From: Bugula neritina
Taxonomy: Eukaryota > Animalia > Bryozoa
Direction of reading: 5' to 3'
Assembly: GCA_964035545.1 (NCBI GenBank)
Contig: OZ037773.1
Location: 8,523,751 to 8,587,750 of the forward strand
DNA: 64,000 nt
A program made the translations under genes and the position numbers. Numbering within the stretch: the first letter of the stretch is position 1; every line of letters begins with the position of its first letter. The notes beneath the pieces are model-generated. The model worked only from the letters and a program-made list of their open reading frames with translations. It made no database searches and was not told where the DNA came from. Shown in pieces: positions 40,501-53,900 of this stretch.

Positions 40501-43424
40501 TTGCAGGATTCACCGGAGCACCAGGTATTCCTGGTATGCCAGGACCTGTGGGAGATGTCGGACTTCGTGGAGAACCCGGTCCAGCTGGCATGCAAGGACC
40601 TGCTGGTGAACGTGGTAATGAGGGAAGAATTGGTGAACCTGGACCACCAGGTGAAGTTGGTCCCATGGGACCTCCTGGACGAGATGGTGACAAGGTATAG
40701 ACTTGGAACTAAATTGGTTTGCATTTAAATATACTTTATATTAATCTAATGGTTAAAGCTGTGTACATCCCTCCTCCCAACAACTAAAATGTAGAGGGTG
40801 TTTCTGTGATAACTATTCTGCTACCATTTGATATTTACTAGCCCTTTTTATCGTTATAATGCCATTAGTATACCGCATTGATTGAAATTTCTAACATCTG
40901 ATGTTTTTGGTCAGTGAAAAAAGCACTCAGTAAATTTATTTATGCTTAGGTACTTTGCTATTTGTATCAGCCTTAAGTTTTTAGCTTCAAAGTAGAATAC
41001 AAACAATGCTGTTTTCATCGTGTCAATTTTTTCTCTCATACCGACACTTGTTTGTCAGTTTTAACACAACATTATTTCTTTTCAAATCTGGCTGTGAAAA
41101 ACCAAATTTTGATCAATATTAAGTGATAAAACATAAAAATTACAATGTAATTAATATAAAACTATCAGCCTGGTTTATACTACAAGTAGGCAACTAAGAT
41201 TCATCTCCACATACTCTCCATGCTGAAACAATAACAATTTTAAGCTGGGTTTTCATCTCTGTAGGGAGATCCAGGTAGAGATGGATCATCAGGACCTGCC
41301 GGTCCAGCAGGACCTCCAGGTGCTCCTGCTCCCCCACCGATATTTGCACCACCCATGAGAATGGCACCCACCAAGGGAGGTTACTACGGCGACGAGCCAG
41401 AGGTTCTGCAGGCCAATCATCAATTTGTGAGAATGTACCATGGTAAGTAGTAGTTACCGATTGTCAGCTTATGATGAAGTAGTAATGTGTTCGCCGTCTG
41501 TCTGTCTGTGTATCTGTCTGTCTGTGTGTACACTGATAAGTAGTTCATTAGTTACTTACCTATTTGACTGCTGGTTTCACAAATTCAAACTTGATGGAAA
41601 TCTCACACTTGGTTACCGAGGAAGCTTATAATTCGTCACCTCAACCAACAGGATTTCCCTGTATCGTGTATGAATCATAAATTCTTATTATTTCCAGAAC
41701 TGAGAGTACGAGACGGTCGCAAGAGCAGCCCCGCCAGAGACTGCAAGGAACTGTTTGAGAACAACCCTAAGTTGTCAGATGGATTCTACTGGGTTGACCC
41801 AGATGGTATGTAGTTTGAACTTGTAAGTTGTGAGAGCTTTGAGCTATTAGAGATTTCAGGAGAGGTTATGTAACCCCTACAAATGCTATACACCTTTCCT
41901 GGTGCATTCAAAATAGCTATATATGTTCTCTTAGACCTTTGTATACAGTTGATAATATTTACAGCAACCTGTTTTAAAAAGCTAGTCCATGACTGATATT
42001 TTTTTGAAGATGAATAATGCTTCTATTAATAGATTCTCTCCTCCCAACAGTAGCTAACATTTCTATAAATAAATACACTTGCCTGTGGCTGTTATTTATA
42101 TAAAGTGAGATAACATGACTGTCACAGGTGGTTCCATCATGAACGCAATCAGAGCCTTCTGCAGAAAGAATACTCAGACTACGTGCATCTCTCCCAAGAC
42201 TAGAGCTTACCAAGTGTCCAGATATGACGCCCAATCTACGTCATACTTCACAGAACTTTCAGGAAACAAGGAGGTCAATAACAAATATTGGTTTTGTTAT
42301 TTTGTCAATTTTTCATGAATTTCACTCCCAGAACACATTATGACATATCGACATGTTCTTCATTATTATTTTGTTATTATTTGCATCTTTAAACAATTTC
42401 ACAGATTCACTGTAAAAAAGCTAAATTGGGAACATTTTAATGTATATCACTTTTTTCTTGTTGAATGAAATTTTGGGTTACAAGTCTTAATAATTGATTC
42501 TTTATTTGCATTTTCGATTTTAGTTTGAATATGACGCAGAGTTATCTCAACTTAACTTCCTGAGGGTCCAATCATCAACTGCCACACAAACTGTAACATA
42601 TAAGTAAGTAAATATAGAATACATGCTCACGTCCTGCAGCATACCCTGTACATGTACTGTAGTTTACACTGTAGTGTTCTGTGTTGTACACATACATGTA
42701 CTGTAGTGTGTCATTTTCTATTTTGCAAAGTGCGATGCAGTGTTTTGTAGCATCGGTTGTACTGTTTTGTGTTGCAAATTGTAATGTTCTGTATTGTACA
42801 CTGTAACATCCTGTGTTGTATTCTATATTGTAGATGCATCAACTCGGTGGCTGTGGAAGACTCCAACGGCAAGAAGAACAAGTCTCTACTACTCTATACA
42901 TCTGGTGACGTGGAATACAAAGCAGTCGACAGAAAATACCAATATCAGGTCGTGAGAGACGGCTGCAAGGTACATCATGATGTCATATCCTATTCAAATA
43001 TAATAACTAGAAAAATAAGCGTACGTGTTGAATGAAATACAGTTGCAGATCTCCGCAGTTGGAGAATTTGCTCAAAGTTATAAACTTATTGAAAACATTG
43101 TTGAAATATTTTAATTTACTTTGGTTTTCATCTTTTCTAATTGTAGAAATTACTTTCATTTTCCTCTTTGAACCCGTGTTGTTTCAAATGACTTGCTCGC
43201 ATTAACCTTGATTTCTAAGTCGTATTAGTTTCAGAGTTGTCATTTGCCGTAACTTTCACAATTCTAACTTTCTGTAGGACTCGAGTAACCGCGAATCACA
43301 GACCATCATCCAAATCAAGACTAACATGGCCTCCCATCTGCCCATTTTGGACGTCGCCACCTCGGATGTTGGAGAGCGAAATAAAGCATTTGGACTCGAA
43401 ATAGGCGAAGTCTGCTTCTCATAG
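31595..43424 (+). CDS. Fibrillar collagen alpha chain: signal peptide, telopeptides, ~1008-residue triple helix, COLFI C-propeptide
   Basis: Signal exon 31595-31682; inferred microexon 33104-33129; N-telopeptide exon 33436-33510 (FDEPTKG); helix exons from 34442 to ~41327 sum to 3024 nt (336 triplets) and include GEKGHR; C-telopeptide PTKGGYYG|DEP; COLFI motifs [35 protein letters not shown]. The two 5' small exons are less certain than the rest. Confidence 0.93.
33541..33912. repeat. Degenerate tandem repeat (GCTGTAGATAAACTCTG core) after the collagen telopeptide exon
   Basis: About nine recognisable TGTAGAT(C/A)AACTCTG-like cores. Confidence 0.7.
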
Positions 43425-43984
43425 ACACAATAACTATGTTGGTAAAACGATATTAAATGAAATCACTAAAGCTTTTGACTGAACATCTGACTGTTGGAGA
43501 TGAACTCGTATTTTAGTACTTTGTGATTTGAAATATTTTATGCCAAGTTTTTTTATTCTTTTAAACTGAAAATGTTATATATACAAAACAATGGTGCTAC
43601 CTTCTTGTACAGTGAAATATTTATGTCATATAAACTTGGGCCGTAGATTACACGCATTGCCGTACTCTGAATACTAAATAGTGAAGAAAAAGTGCATGTG
43701 CACACAACTACAAAAATATACTCGGCTAAAAATAATATTCCAATTGTATTTGAGTAGTTTAAATTTAATCTTTTTGCTCTATAGTGTAATGTATAAGGTA
43801 TTACTAATTCAAATATTTTTAGTGGTGGTAATCTGTCTTGGCTGGGTAGGGGTTTGGAGTTGTCATCTACCGCATAGTGCTTCTTGTAGCCACACGGGTG
43901 GCCCTCAATCCCACCCTATATTCATCTCTTTACTTTGCTTATAAAATCTGTTGAATGTGCTGGAAATGTAGTTAGTTTTTTACT

Positions 43985-44007
43985 AAATAAACATGACTAA
44001 AAATAAA
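43985..44007 (+). terminator. Candidate collagen polyadenylation signals (two AATAAA)
   Basis: AATAAA at ~43986 and ~44002, ~560 nt after the stop, followed by a GT-rich tract. Confidence 0.45.
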
Positions 44008-44972
44008 AAAGTGTTCCTTTAGGTATATACAGCAAAGCAAATATAATCTACCTATTGCATGTTTGCATCCGCCATATAGCGGTGAAAGGTGAACCTTGTA
44101 TGTTTTATGCAAGTTTCAGAGCTTCCAATAATTATATGACAGATATAAAACCAAACTTTAATGCTTAGCTTCTTAATTATATATGTATTTTCTGACCATT
44201 TGATAAACTCTCTTTTAATAAGTTTGAAGGTATGTTTATTCCTCTACAAAGGTTTTTCGAGTTTCAGCCTCATTTACGCAATAAAAATTTGTGGAATTGT
44301 CCCCCCAGAAAAGTTGGGTTTTTGACTCCCTGAAATAAATAATTGGAAACTTGTGCATACAGAGCATTGTGAAGGCAGTATTACCAGATCAATAACTTAC
44401 CATTTATTTTACATTCAGACAAGGAATTCTAGGTCTAGGTAAACAGCGAATTGTTTGGCATCATGCAGTGCAGATAGCCTGGCTGCTAGATGTAGACAGG
44501 AGTATGACGACTTCTGTTTAACCAGATTACCATTCTTTCACTATTTCATGCACTTTATTTAAAAAAATATATAATATAGGCACACCATGTGTATATAAAT
44601 ATAATGAAAACGTGCACAGCATCACAATAATGTATACCAAAGTATACTCTTTATACAATACAAACTTCATGAGTATAACAAATGTGATTCAACTTACTTG
44701 AAGTCACCCTGATGAATACCAAGAGTTCAATTGAAGTTAAATGATGAAAAGTGCTCATCCAATCACCATGCATGTATCAAAAGTGCTGGTCCAATGACCA
44801 TGTTTGTACCAAAATAATTAGAACTTTCTCTAAATAGTTAATACAACCTTGGAAATCACGAACTCTGTAAGTCTTGTTGATTAAATATAAATTGCATTGT
44901 AAAAAACAATTCTTTGCTTAAAGTAGGAATAGTTACATTGTAGTCAGTGAATGTGTGATCTGGTAGAGATGG

Positions 44973-47900
44973 TCAGTTCCTCCTCATGTCTATCACATAG
45001 TTGGCGTTCGCTCTGTACTGATTGGCTCTAACTTGCTGACTTTCTTCTGCTGCTGGGTCCCTGCACTGGCAGCCACTGCGCAGGAAAAATAGAAGAGTGT
45101 TTAGAAAAGAGAAGTATTTAATTACTGGAGCACTACATACTTGCTACAAGGACTGCGTTCCCAGTCACTAGGTTTAAAAATACATGAAACTGTATTCAGC
45201 AAATCTGAGTGATTTCATCAGGAGAAGTTGTTTGCCCATGAACAATTTGCATTTCCAACAGTTTGAAAGGTAAAAGAAGTTCAACAGTATTCAAGTGCAT
45301 AGAAAAAATTTAACTTAGTCAAACAGGTACTTTAAGTTGAAGCTGTTACAAACAGATGAAAAGAAGAAAATGAATATTGTAAAAAGTACGATTCCTTACG
45401 TTGAGCATGTCTCGGGATAATTCTGTACACTTCCTGTCCGGGTGGTACTCGCGCAGCAGTCTCCTCCGTCGTATCCACATATCTCTCTGTTGTTTACACT
45501 ATCGCACCATCCATCTCCAATACTCTCCTGGATACAGGGAATACTGAGTAGCCAATGGGCAACAGGATATGATCAAACTAACCAATTATATCAGAAAATA
45601 CAAATAAACTTTTCAGACATAAGACAGTAAACATCTGCATTTTTAAGCTTTTGGTAAATATTTCATTCAAAAAATAAGAATATCTATGCCAAGTCCTTTT
45701 AAGCCCAGTCAGTTTAAACTAACCAACCAGTTAAATGTTTCTTGTATAAAATAGAATAACAGTTGTTACACACTCATTATTTTATGATCAACACAACTTA
45801 GTAAAATAAGAAAGATATTCCTAAATATTAAATGAGTGAAATGCAAAAATAAAACTTACATTGTAAAGTTTTTGTGGGTTGTTATCCAACAAAAAACTTA
45901 CAAAATATATTTGAAGTTTTGATAGTTTATTTGCTATTTAATTAATAGACAAAAATTTACCTTTACACACAGGGTGTCACAGGAAAGGCTGGCTAACCCG
46001 GGCATCCACTCGCCCAGGATATTGCATTTCAGTTTGTCCCTGTACTCACTAGTGCTAGTCTCTGTTCCAACTGTGAGAGTTTGGTAGAGAACCAGAGAGC
46101 TGTTCTTACACATAACCCGACATACGGACTCTAAATGTATCAGACAAATAACCTTGTTAATACTACACCTTTAAAGGCCACAAATAACTCTATACAAATC
46201 TGTGAAGTCATCAGATATCAAGAGATGTAGTAGTACCATATATACATAAGGATGATGTATGCCTAGAACACAGGCTCACATGCAATGTGTTTCGTACCAC
46301 AGACTAGCGATAAAACTGGTTGCAACATTAAAGCAATTTAGGGTCATCAGTATGTCGTACTAAACTTGTTATCATAGTAGAGCTGCTAAGACTAGGTCAC
46401 CCGCAGAGGAAATCATTCAGTAACATGGTCCAAAAGTATTTTGATTAGATGAAAAACTATCAAAAAAGTGAATTTCATTTATAGTAAATTGAAAGAAAAA
46501 ATGTTTTGCAGTTGTATATTGAAAGCTGTAATTCAAAAGAAAATAAACATGGACAGATTTATACTAGTGTGCGAGACAAGCTGTGATGAGATTGCCCAAT
46601 AAGACAAGCTGTTATATGAGTGACCAATGAGAGGACATCTTACCAAATGAATGGCCAGTACAGTTAACAGTTATATCAGTTCTAGAGATCGCTGTGATGG
46701 CAGGACATTCGACAGAAGAAGTCGGGCAAGCAGCAAAACTGCCATTCCACCGTCCAAAGTTAGAGCAGTATATTGTTGATGCAACCTTCAACACCAACAA
46801 TAGGCTGTGTGACTGAATATGTATATTGTATCATGTTGCACAACAATATAATGATCATAATACATTATATTCTATTACACATCATATCATACTACATATA
46901 CATGTATATACACACACATGCACACACATGCACACACGCACACACGCACACACACACACACACACACACGAGGGTAGATATATAATTATACTACTTATTT
47001 ATATTAATTTATTATTTATGGTTATATTGTACATAAAGGGTACCTTCTAACATGTGTAATGTAAAGTAGGGATACCATGTAATGTAAAGTAGGGATACCA
47101 TGTAATGTAAAGTAGGAATACCATGTAATGTAAAGTAGGGATACTCTGTAATGTAAAGTAGGGATACCATGTAATGTAAAGTAGGGGTACCATGTAATGG
47201 AAAGTAGGGATACCATGTAATGGAAAGTAGGGATACTCTGTAATGTAAAGTAGGGGTACCTGAGAGCCTGGACAAGTGGCGGTACACGAGGAACCGCTGT
47301 TGACTCCATCTGTGCAGGTGTAGATCTGACTCCAGACAAACGGAATTGGGGGACACGTGACTCGGACGCACCGCTCTGACCATTCGCCTGTCTCAAGACA
47401 CCTGGGCTTAGCCTTTCGTCTGAACAGAGTATACAGTGAAATAAATTGAATATCCCACACTGATTAAATGAAGAAATTGATTGTTTAGTAGTAGTTTTCT
47501 ACTCTTGTATTTTCTCCCAATTTTTCTGTCATTAATTCCTATGCCATGGCCAATACACTTTTAACATGTAAATAAAATATCAACAGTTTTATTGTAATTA
47601 ATGCATTATTGAAAATCCAGCAGCTTCCCATTTTTATATTTTTTTTTCTCAATACTAAAAACATATTAATATATAAGATAATGATGCTCAAATTTATATT
47701 ACTTCACTTTTTAAATGCTGACGTAAACACATGAAAATAAAGTATTGCTAAAATGCATGTGTTTTTTATTTTTCTCTCAATGCTACAAATGTTAATTATA
47801 ATGATGCACAATTTTATATCAATTATTAATTTGAACTTCCACTCAGGTTATCAAATACTGCCAGCTAGGTTCCAATTAAAATAACTCCAATGTCACATAA

Positions 47901-50900
47901 CTTTTATAAAAAGGGTTTACGTTTTAGTGGTGGCCTTTTCGATATAGTATCCGGTTTTGCAAGTGATGCGGCATTTAGTGTGAACTGGCTGGTTGCCAAC
48001 ACACGAGTCATCGTCTAGTTCCAGCTGCTGCTCGGACAAGTCTGGGCACATCGGAGAGCAGAAGCCTCGTGCTTCCGACCAAACACCACTTTCCAAACAT
48101 TTTATTATCGTCCCGTTACCTGGCAACACACATTCTATCAAAAACTGTCTGAATGGAAGCATTTGTAAGAGGTGTTTATACCGTGTCTACTTTGTTGGTT
48201 TTAGCCACAATTAAACCTGCAAACACATGAAAAAGATAGGAACTCTTTTCATACTTCAGAGTTGTTGTTGATGAAACCAGCAGACTCATTCGATTTTAAA
48301 TTTGTTCCAGAAAGTTTTACCGCAGTTTGAATTTAAATATGACAAACTTATAGGCTCACAATTAAACTAGTAAATTTAGTTTTAGTAAACAAGCTAAAAA
48401 AAGGGCTGCACAAATAGCAGCTTTGCTCTATAATGATAATTCAACAAAATAAGCCACTGTAAACCTAGCAAATTAAATTAATAAACAGTGGATGGCTATA
48501 TATTCTAGTTACTTGCATACAAAATGCACTAATACCATATAGTAGTAACATGCACTAAGACTATTATATAGCAGAATACCGAGTAGTTGAGAGGGCTGGA
48601 GACAGCTAATCTGGCAGACACTGTTATAGTGGTGGCCATCTTCACACGTCGTATAACCAAACGGGATGACTGGTCGACTACACTTCACCAGGTTACACTG
48701 TAGAGGTGGCTTCCACTCGCCATTGATACACGTAGTCACACCAGACACTGAGCTAGAGATATACCTGTAACAGAGAGTAATGACATGGACAGCAAAAAGC
48801 GATGACATCATATACAACAGACAGTAATGACATGTACAACAGAAAGTGATGACATCATATGCCACAGAAAGTGATGACATCATATACAACAGAAAGTGAT
48901 GATCTATACAACCTATGACAAATAACATAGCAGAAAACTTGTAGCCCACAAAAAATAGCTACAGTAATGGTTATAGCTCCATTCACTAAATAAATAATTA
49001 TTTTCAATAAAGCAAGTGTTAAAAACCCAATGTGAAACCCCATACTAAGTGCTATTAGTAAATAGCTATACAAAGAACTGCTTTTAAAATGAAAGCATAA
49101 AATTGAAGTTATCTTCTCTTACAATAAGGAGTTTGGTTTGCTTACCCTATGTCACAGAACATTGTGCAAACGTCACCATTGCCATTTCCTGTACAGGTGA
49201 GATTGCCATTGGTAGTTTGTAAGGGTGAGCATGAGGTTTCAGTAAAGGGAGTAATAGCAGAGCCTTGACACTGGTGGGTAACTAAACAATGGTAATGACA
49301 TGTAATGTTAGAGTATTACTTGGAATTACTGTTAAATAAGTACCTATTGCAGTGTGACTTGACTCAATTATGACTTGATAGCAGTACCCAATTATGACTT
49401 AAGGTAAGTATAACTTGATGTAAGTACAGTAGTGTTACTTGATAGTACAGTGATGTAAGTATTATAGAGTGACTTGATATTATGGTAACTGTAAGTAGCA
49501 ATGCATGAAATAATTGCAGTATGCTGTTGTAAAAAAAGTACTCAGTATATTGTATTGTAGAGTTTTAAATATTTCTGCTATGTACTAATACACATACAAC
49601 GGCTAATGCTTAGCCACCTTGGGCTTGTAGCTTCACTCAGTAGTTGGTTAGATTTCAACAGTTTAACATACAGATCAATGGTACCTCTATTACAGAGGTC
49701 AATGGTACCTGTATTACAGAGATCAATAATACCTCTATTATAGAGGTCAATGGTACCTGTATTATAGAGATCGGTGGTGCAAGAGTTGATGGTGATTGGG
49801 TCAAATTTTTCAAATGTTCGAATCCGTACAGCTGCGATAGAGATGGCTCGATTCACAATGTCCAAAATGACCACTAAAACAGATAAAGATTGTGACTTCA
49901 TAATCAGCTAATTATTGTATGTCACACATGACCTGAACCTAACCGAGAAACTTTAAATTTTGTTTGTACAAAGTAGATTAAAAGAAAGTCTGAATAAATG
50001 GGTCGGTGTAAAGAACTTTTTTCAAGTATTCGTCATCGTATCCTAAACTTTTAGGTATATGTCATTTCAAATTAGATAATTCAGCTAAAATCAGTTCAGA
50101 GTTTTTCATATTAATATTCTGTTGCTAGCGAAACTAATCACATGGCAATGCCGAGTAAGGAAATGTCCTTTGAGCTCTACCATACTCAGTTAGCATATGT
50201 CCTTGACATTTATACTCGTAGAATATTCTAGAGTTGGTGACCTTAACACTGACCTTTACTCCTTTTGAATGGCGCAGAAAGAGACTGATAGACTGAGATT
50301 TGCAGTGGGTTGTTGTGACATGTCAAAGCCCAACTGTGGATCGTACCTGTTCAATATAAACTCAAGTGTCTGAAGAGTCATGGCAAGAGAGCAGACGATG
50401 GTGTGTCAGTTAAAGAGTAAATTATCAGTTTATTACGATAATATAATATGACAATGTTATTATAATGATATATTACACTATAATAAAAAAGCGGTATAGT
50501 AAGATACTGTAGTGCAACATTTATAGTAAAATACTGTGACAGCCGAAAATGGTTACTGTATCAGCTGATAATTGTTGCTGTTTGGCACGGATGCCTATGT
50601 ATTGTGATGATTCACTTAATGAACGGTGAATGGATGAAGGACACAGATGCAGGCCACAACTCTATTTTTTGTCTATTGCCAACAGTATATTTTCTAAGTT
50701 AGACTTAGACTTAAGCTCACATTCATACTTAGACTCATACTCGTACTTTACTTGTACTGTAACCTATAACCATGAAAATTACAAACATATTGTTAACTTA
50801 ACATAAATTAGCTGACAAAACATTTAGTTAATGAAGTTCAAAACAAAAGATAATATAATACTTGATACTTACAATTATTTTGACAATAAAGTATAGATTG

Positions 50901-53900
50901 CCTGCATCTTTAGCAGGAGGAAAATTGAGCTACACTGAATCATCGAACAAAAACTGTCAGTTAATAGCTATCGTGAAAGCTTTCACAAATAGCTTTCGTT
51001 ACACAATGGTTTTCTGAAAGCTACCAAAAAAGCTCCTGCAACAACTACTACAACATAAAGACACATTACGTTATCATATAAGATATACGCATACTATTTA
51101 CCTATAGTGTATGAAGCGTGCTCTCCCTCGTAGATTTGAGATGCTGTGATTGATCCAGAGTCGCCCCCTCCATCTGTACCAATGTGGATCAGAACTTCAG
51201 TAATTACCACGGCTTTCTCAAACCCTAGCTATAAAAAGAAAACAACTCAATAAACTTACCAGGGCTTCAGCCAATAACCTAGTATATAACATCTTCCAAC
51301 ATCCAATCATACAACAAGTATTTAGCTGACAAAAATGTGTTTCTTAAAACAAATAACCAAATTATGAATAACTCATCATACATTCTAACAATTGATGGAA
51401 ATACAACCCACAAACAGAGAGCAATTATATAAAGATCAACCTCGACACGGGTGATGCAATGCAAACCTTCAGCTGATATCTGTTCAGGTGTTTGACATCC
51501 TGTCCGCCATCTCCATGAAACGAGTATCTAAAGTTACATGGCTTCCACACGGGAGGGTCAAGGTCATTGGATATCGGGTGACATTGTAGTGTGGGAGGAG
51601 GCGGACCCAGCAGTAAAAGGGCTGGACTACATGACAGATGACGACCAATTGTAACGGCGGAGGATGCCCATTGGTCAGAGTAGCCAGAAGGCACGTAATG
51701 GCCACACCCACTTTCATCATGCGTGAATCTGAATGAGCAATGTCGTCTTTCCAGATCTGACTCAATCCAGCAGATACTTGGCACTCCTGCATTGGAGAGA
51801 GTTGTGTTACAGTAACAAGTTACAGTTTAACAGTAGGTTCTAGATTAGTGAAATTCCCTGAATCTGCAGAACTCATCAAAAACTAATTTTTTATACTACT
51901 TGATTTCAAAATATTCTGCACAATCGCATTTGATGAATGATGATTTACAAAAATAAATTCTAACAAAATTTCTAGATTCGTTTCAAGAAATTAGTATTAA
52001 CTATTGCCTTCTACTTTTTTGCGCCACAGGTGATTAGGAATTGACTCTTTAGATTGGTTAAGAGTAACAAAAACATGTGGTAACGTTTGTTGGAATTTCA
52101 CTCATACAGAACTTGTAGCTTCTAAAGCACTGCATGGGATACAGACACATGGACTACTGTTCACAACAGACACGCTGCGTTTCTTGACTTAAAATATCAA
52201 AACATTAATAATACACTATAGTTTGAATATCACTAGCTGATGCCTAGGTTCGCCCACATCTGTTTACTCAATCTACATGGTTGCTACTACTACTGCTGCT
52301 GCTACTGCTGCTGCTACTACTAATGCTACTGCTGCTACTAATACTACTGCTGCCACTACTGCTGCTACTACTATTGTCTACTGCTACTACTGGCACATCA
52401 CACCACGATACAGAAGAAGGGGTATACTATTATACGACACAGGGAACTACTGCTCTGCTAGTGGTTACACTAACAGATAATGCCAGCAAAGTTGCAAGCT
52501 AGCTTCATTACCTGAACAAAAAAACCTGGGTAGTCTCAACCCGTACAGAATACAGGCTTCCGGAGCTGAAAGTTTAAATTATAATATTTTATAAAACTTT
52601 CGTGAAACACAAACCATTCGTAAAGCATCTAGAGAAAATAAAAAGATGTTAACTTATTTCAAGCATTTGATTATTTTGGAGTCAGGAGCAGGAAGTTACC
52701 TTCGCAGACGTACTCCTCTTCCACTTTGCAGTGAGTTGAACAGCCGTCTGCATCTGATAGGTTTCCATCATCGCATTCCTCTTCGCTACAGGAAGTAAAA
52801 AGAACATCCTGTATTGACTATTACTCCCGAACTGTGAATCAACCTCATTGTAATAATTTGGATCAGTAAATGTTTGCTTGCGCCTTGCAGGGTCCTATAG
52901 CATGAGTCTCCCGTGTGATGGTACATCAATAGATACTCATGTATTTTATGTTCGTATATCAACATCTTTACACATATTAAATGTTAGTGTATCAACATAT
53001 ATGATACATGTACTATATGCTGTACTATATGTATCAACACGTCTACATGTATTATATGCTGCATATCAACACGTCTACATGTATTATATGTTGCTATATC
53101 AACAGGTCTACGTTTATTATATGCTGTATTATATGTATCAACAAGTGTAGACTACTTGCCATAGTACTAATGCACTCACCCATTCAACTCCCCATTCCCA
53201 CAGAATTCCTGGTTATGTACGTATCGGAATGGTTTAGAAGGAGCGCCATGAGACCCGGAGAGTACAGCAGTGATGGTGTATGTGTACTCTCCATTGGCTT
53301 CTACAGTCATGTCTTCAAACACACTACAACGTAATGCAAAATTTTTGTAGTGCATTGTATTGCTCAAATAAATACCTCCTAACTGCAAATATATTGCAGT
53401 GCATAAACACATTAACATGAGAGAAATATGTTATTTTTCATTTTGTTCTTGTTTACGTACAGACAACTCCTCATGAAACAAAGGTTTTTAAGCATCTGCT
53501 GCTCTACATTTCCTGGAATTTAAAAAACTCAAATCCAATAAACGGTGCATGTGCTGTGATGTAACTCTTGGCTGTAGAAAGCATATGAAATCAAAATGTT
53601 TAGTTGAAGTGGTTCATGTGGATAAGATAACTTCTTACGTGTCAGAAACTATTATCCTGGTGGGTAGAGCAGGCCGTCTGTCCACCAGGTACTCCACTCC
53701 CTCACACTGAGTGCACTGGACATCCTCAGGTTGAGATACTAACTGTATAGCATCAAACACCACGTCAGGTGTATTCGTATTGACCACCACCTGTGCAATA
53801 CAATTACTTGGGAAATTAATATCAAAAACTTTTAGCACCAAATTTTACTTTTAGCTTGATTTAAATAAAAGATTTAAAACTTTTTTAATTGATACCCCTG

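Noticed and set aside
34400-40724. Antisense Pro/Gly-rich ORFs over the collagen exons
   Set aside because: Shadow frames of Gly-X-Y codons.
52104-52190. Extra pappalysin exon (VKKRSVSVVNSSPCVCIPC...)
   Set aside because: It would change the phase; direct joining CEG|VPSIC already matches the family pattern.
52233-52260. Helitron-like end (ACTAGCTGATGCCTAGGTTCGCCC)
   Set aside because: Too short, and no matching other end was found.
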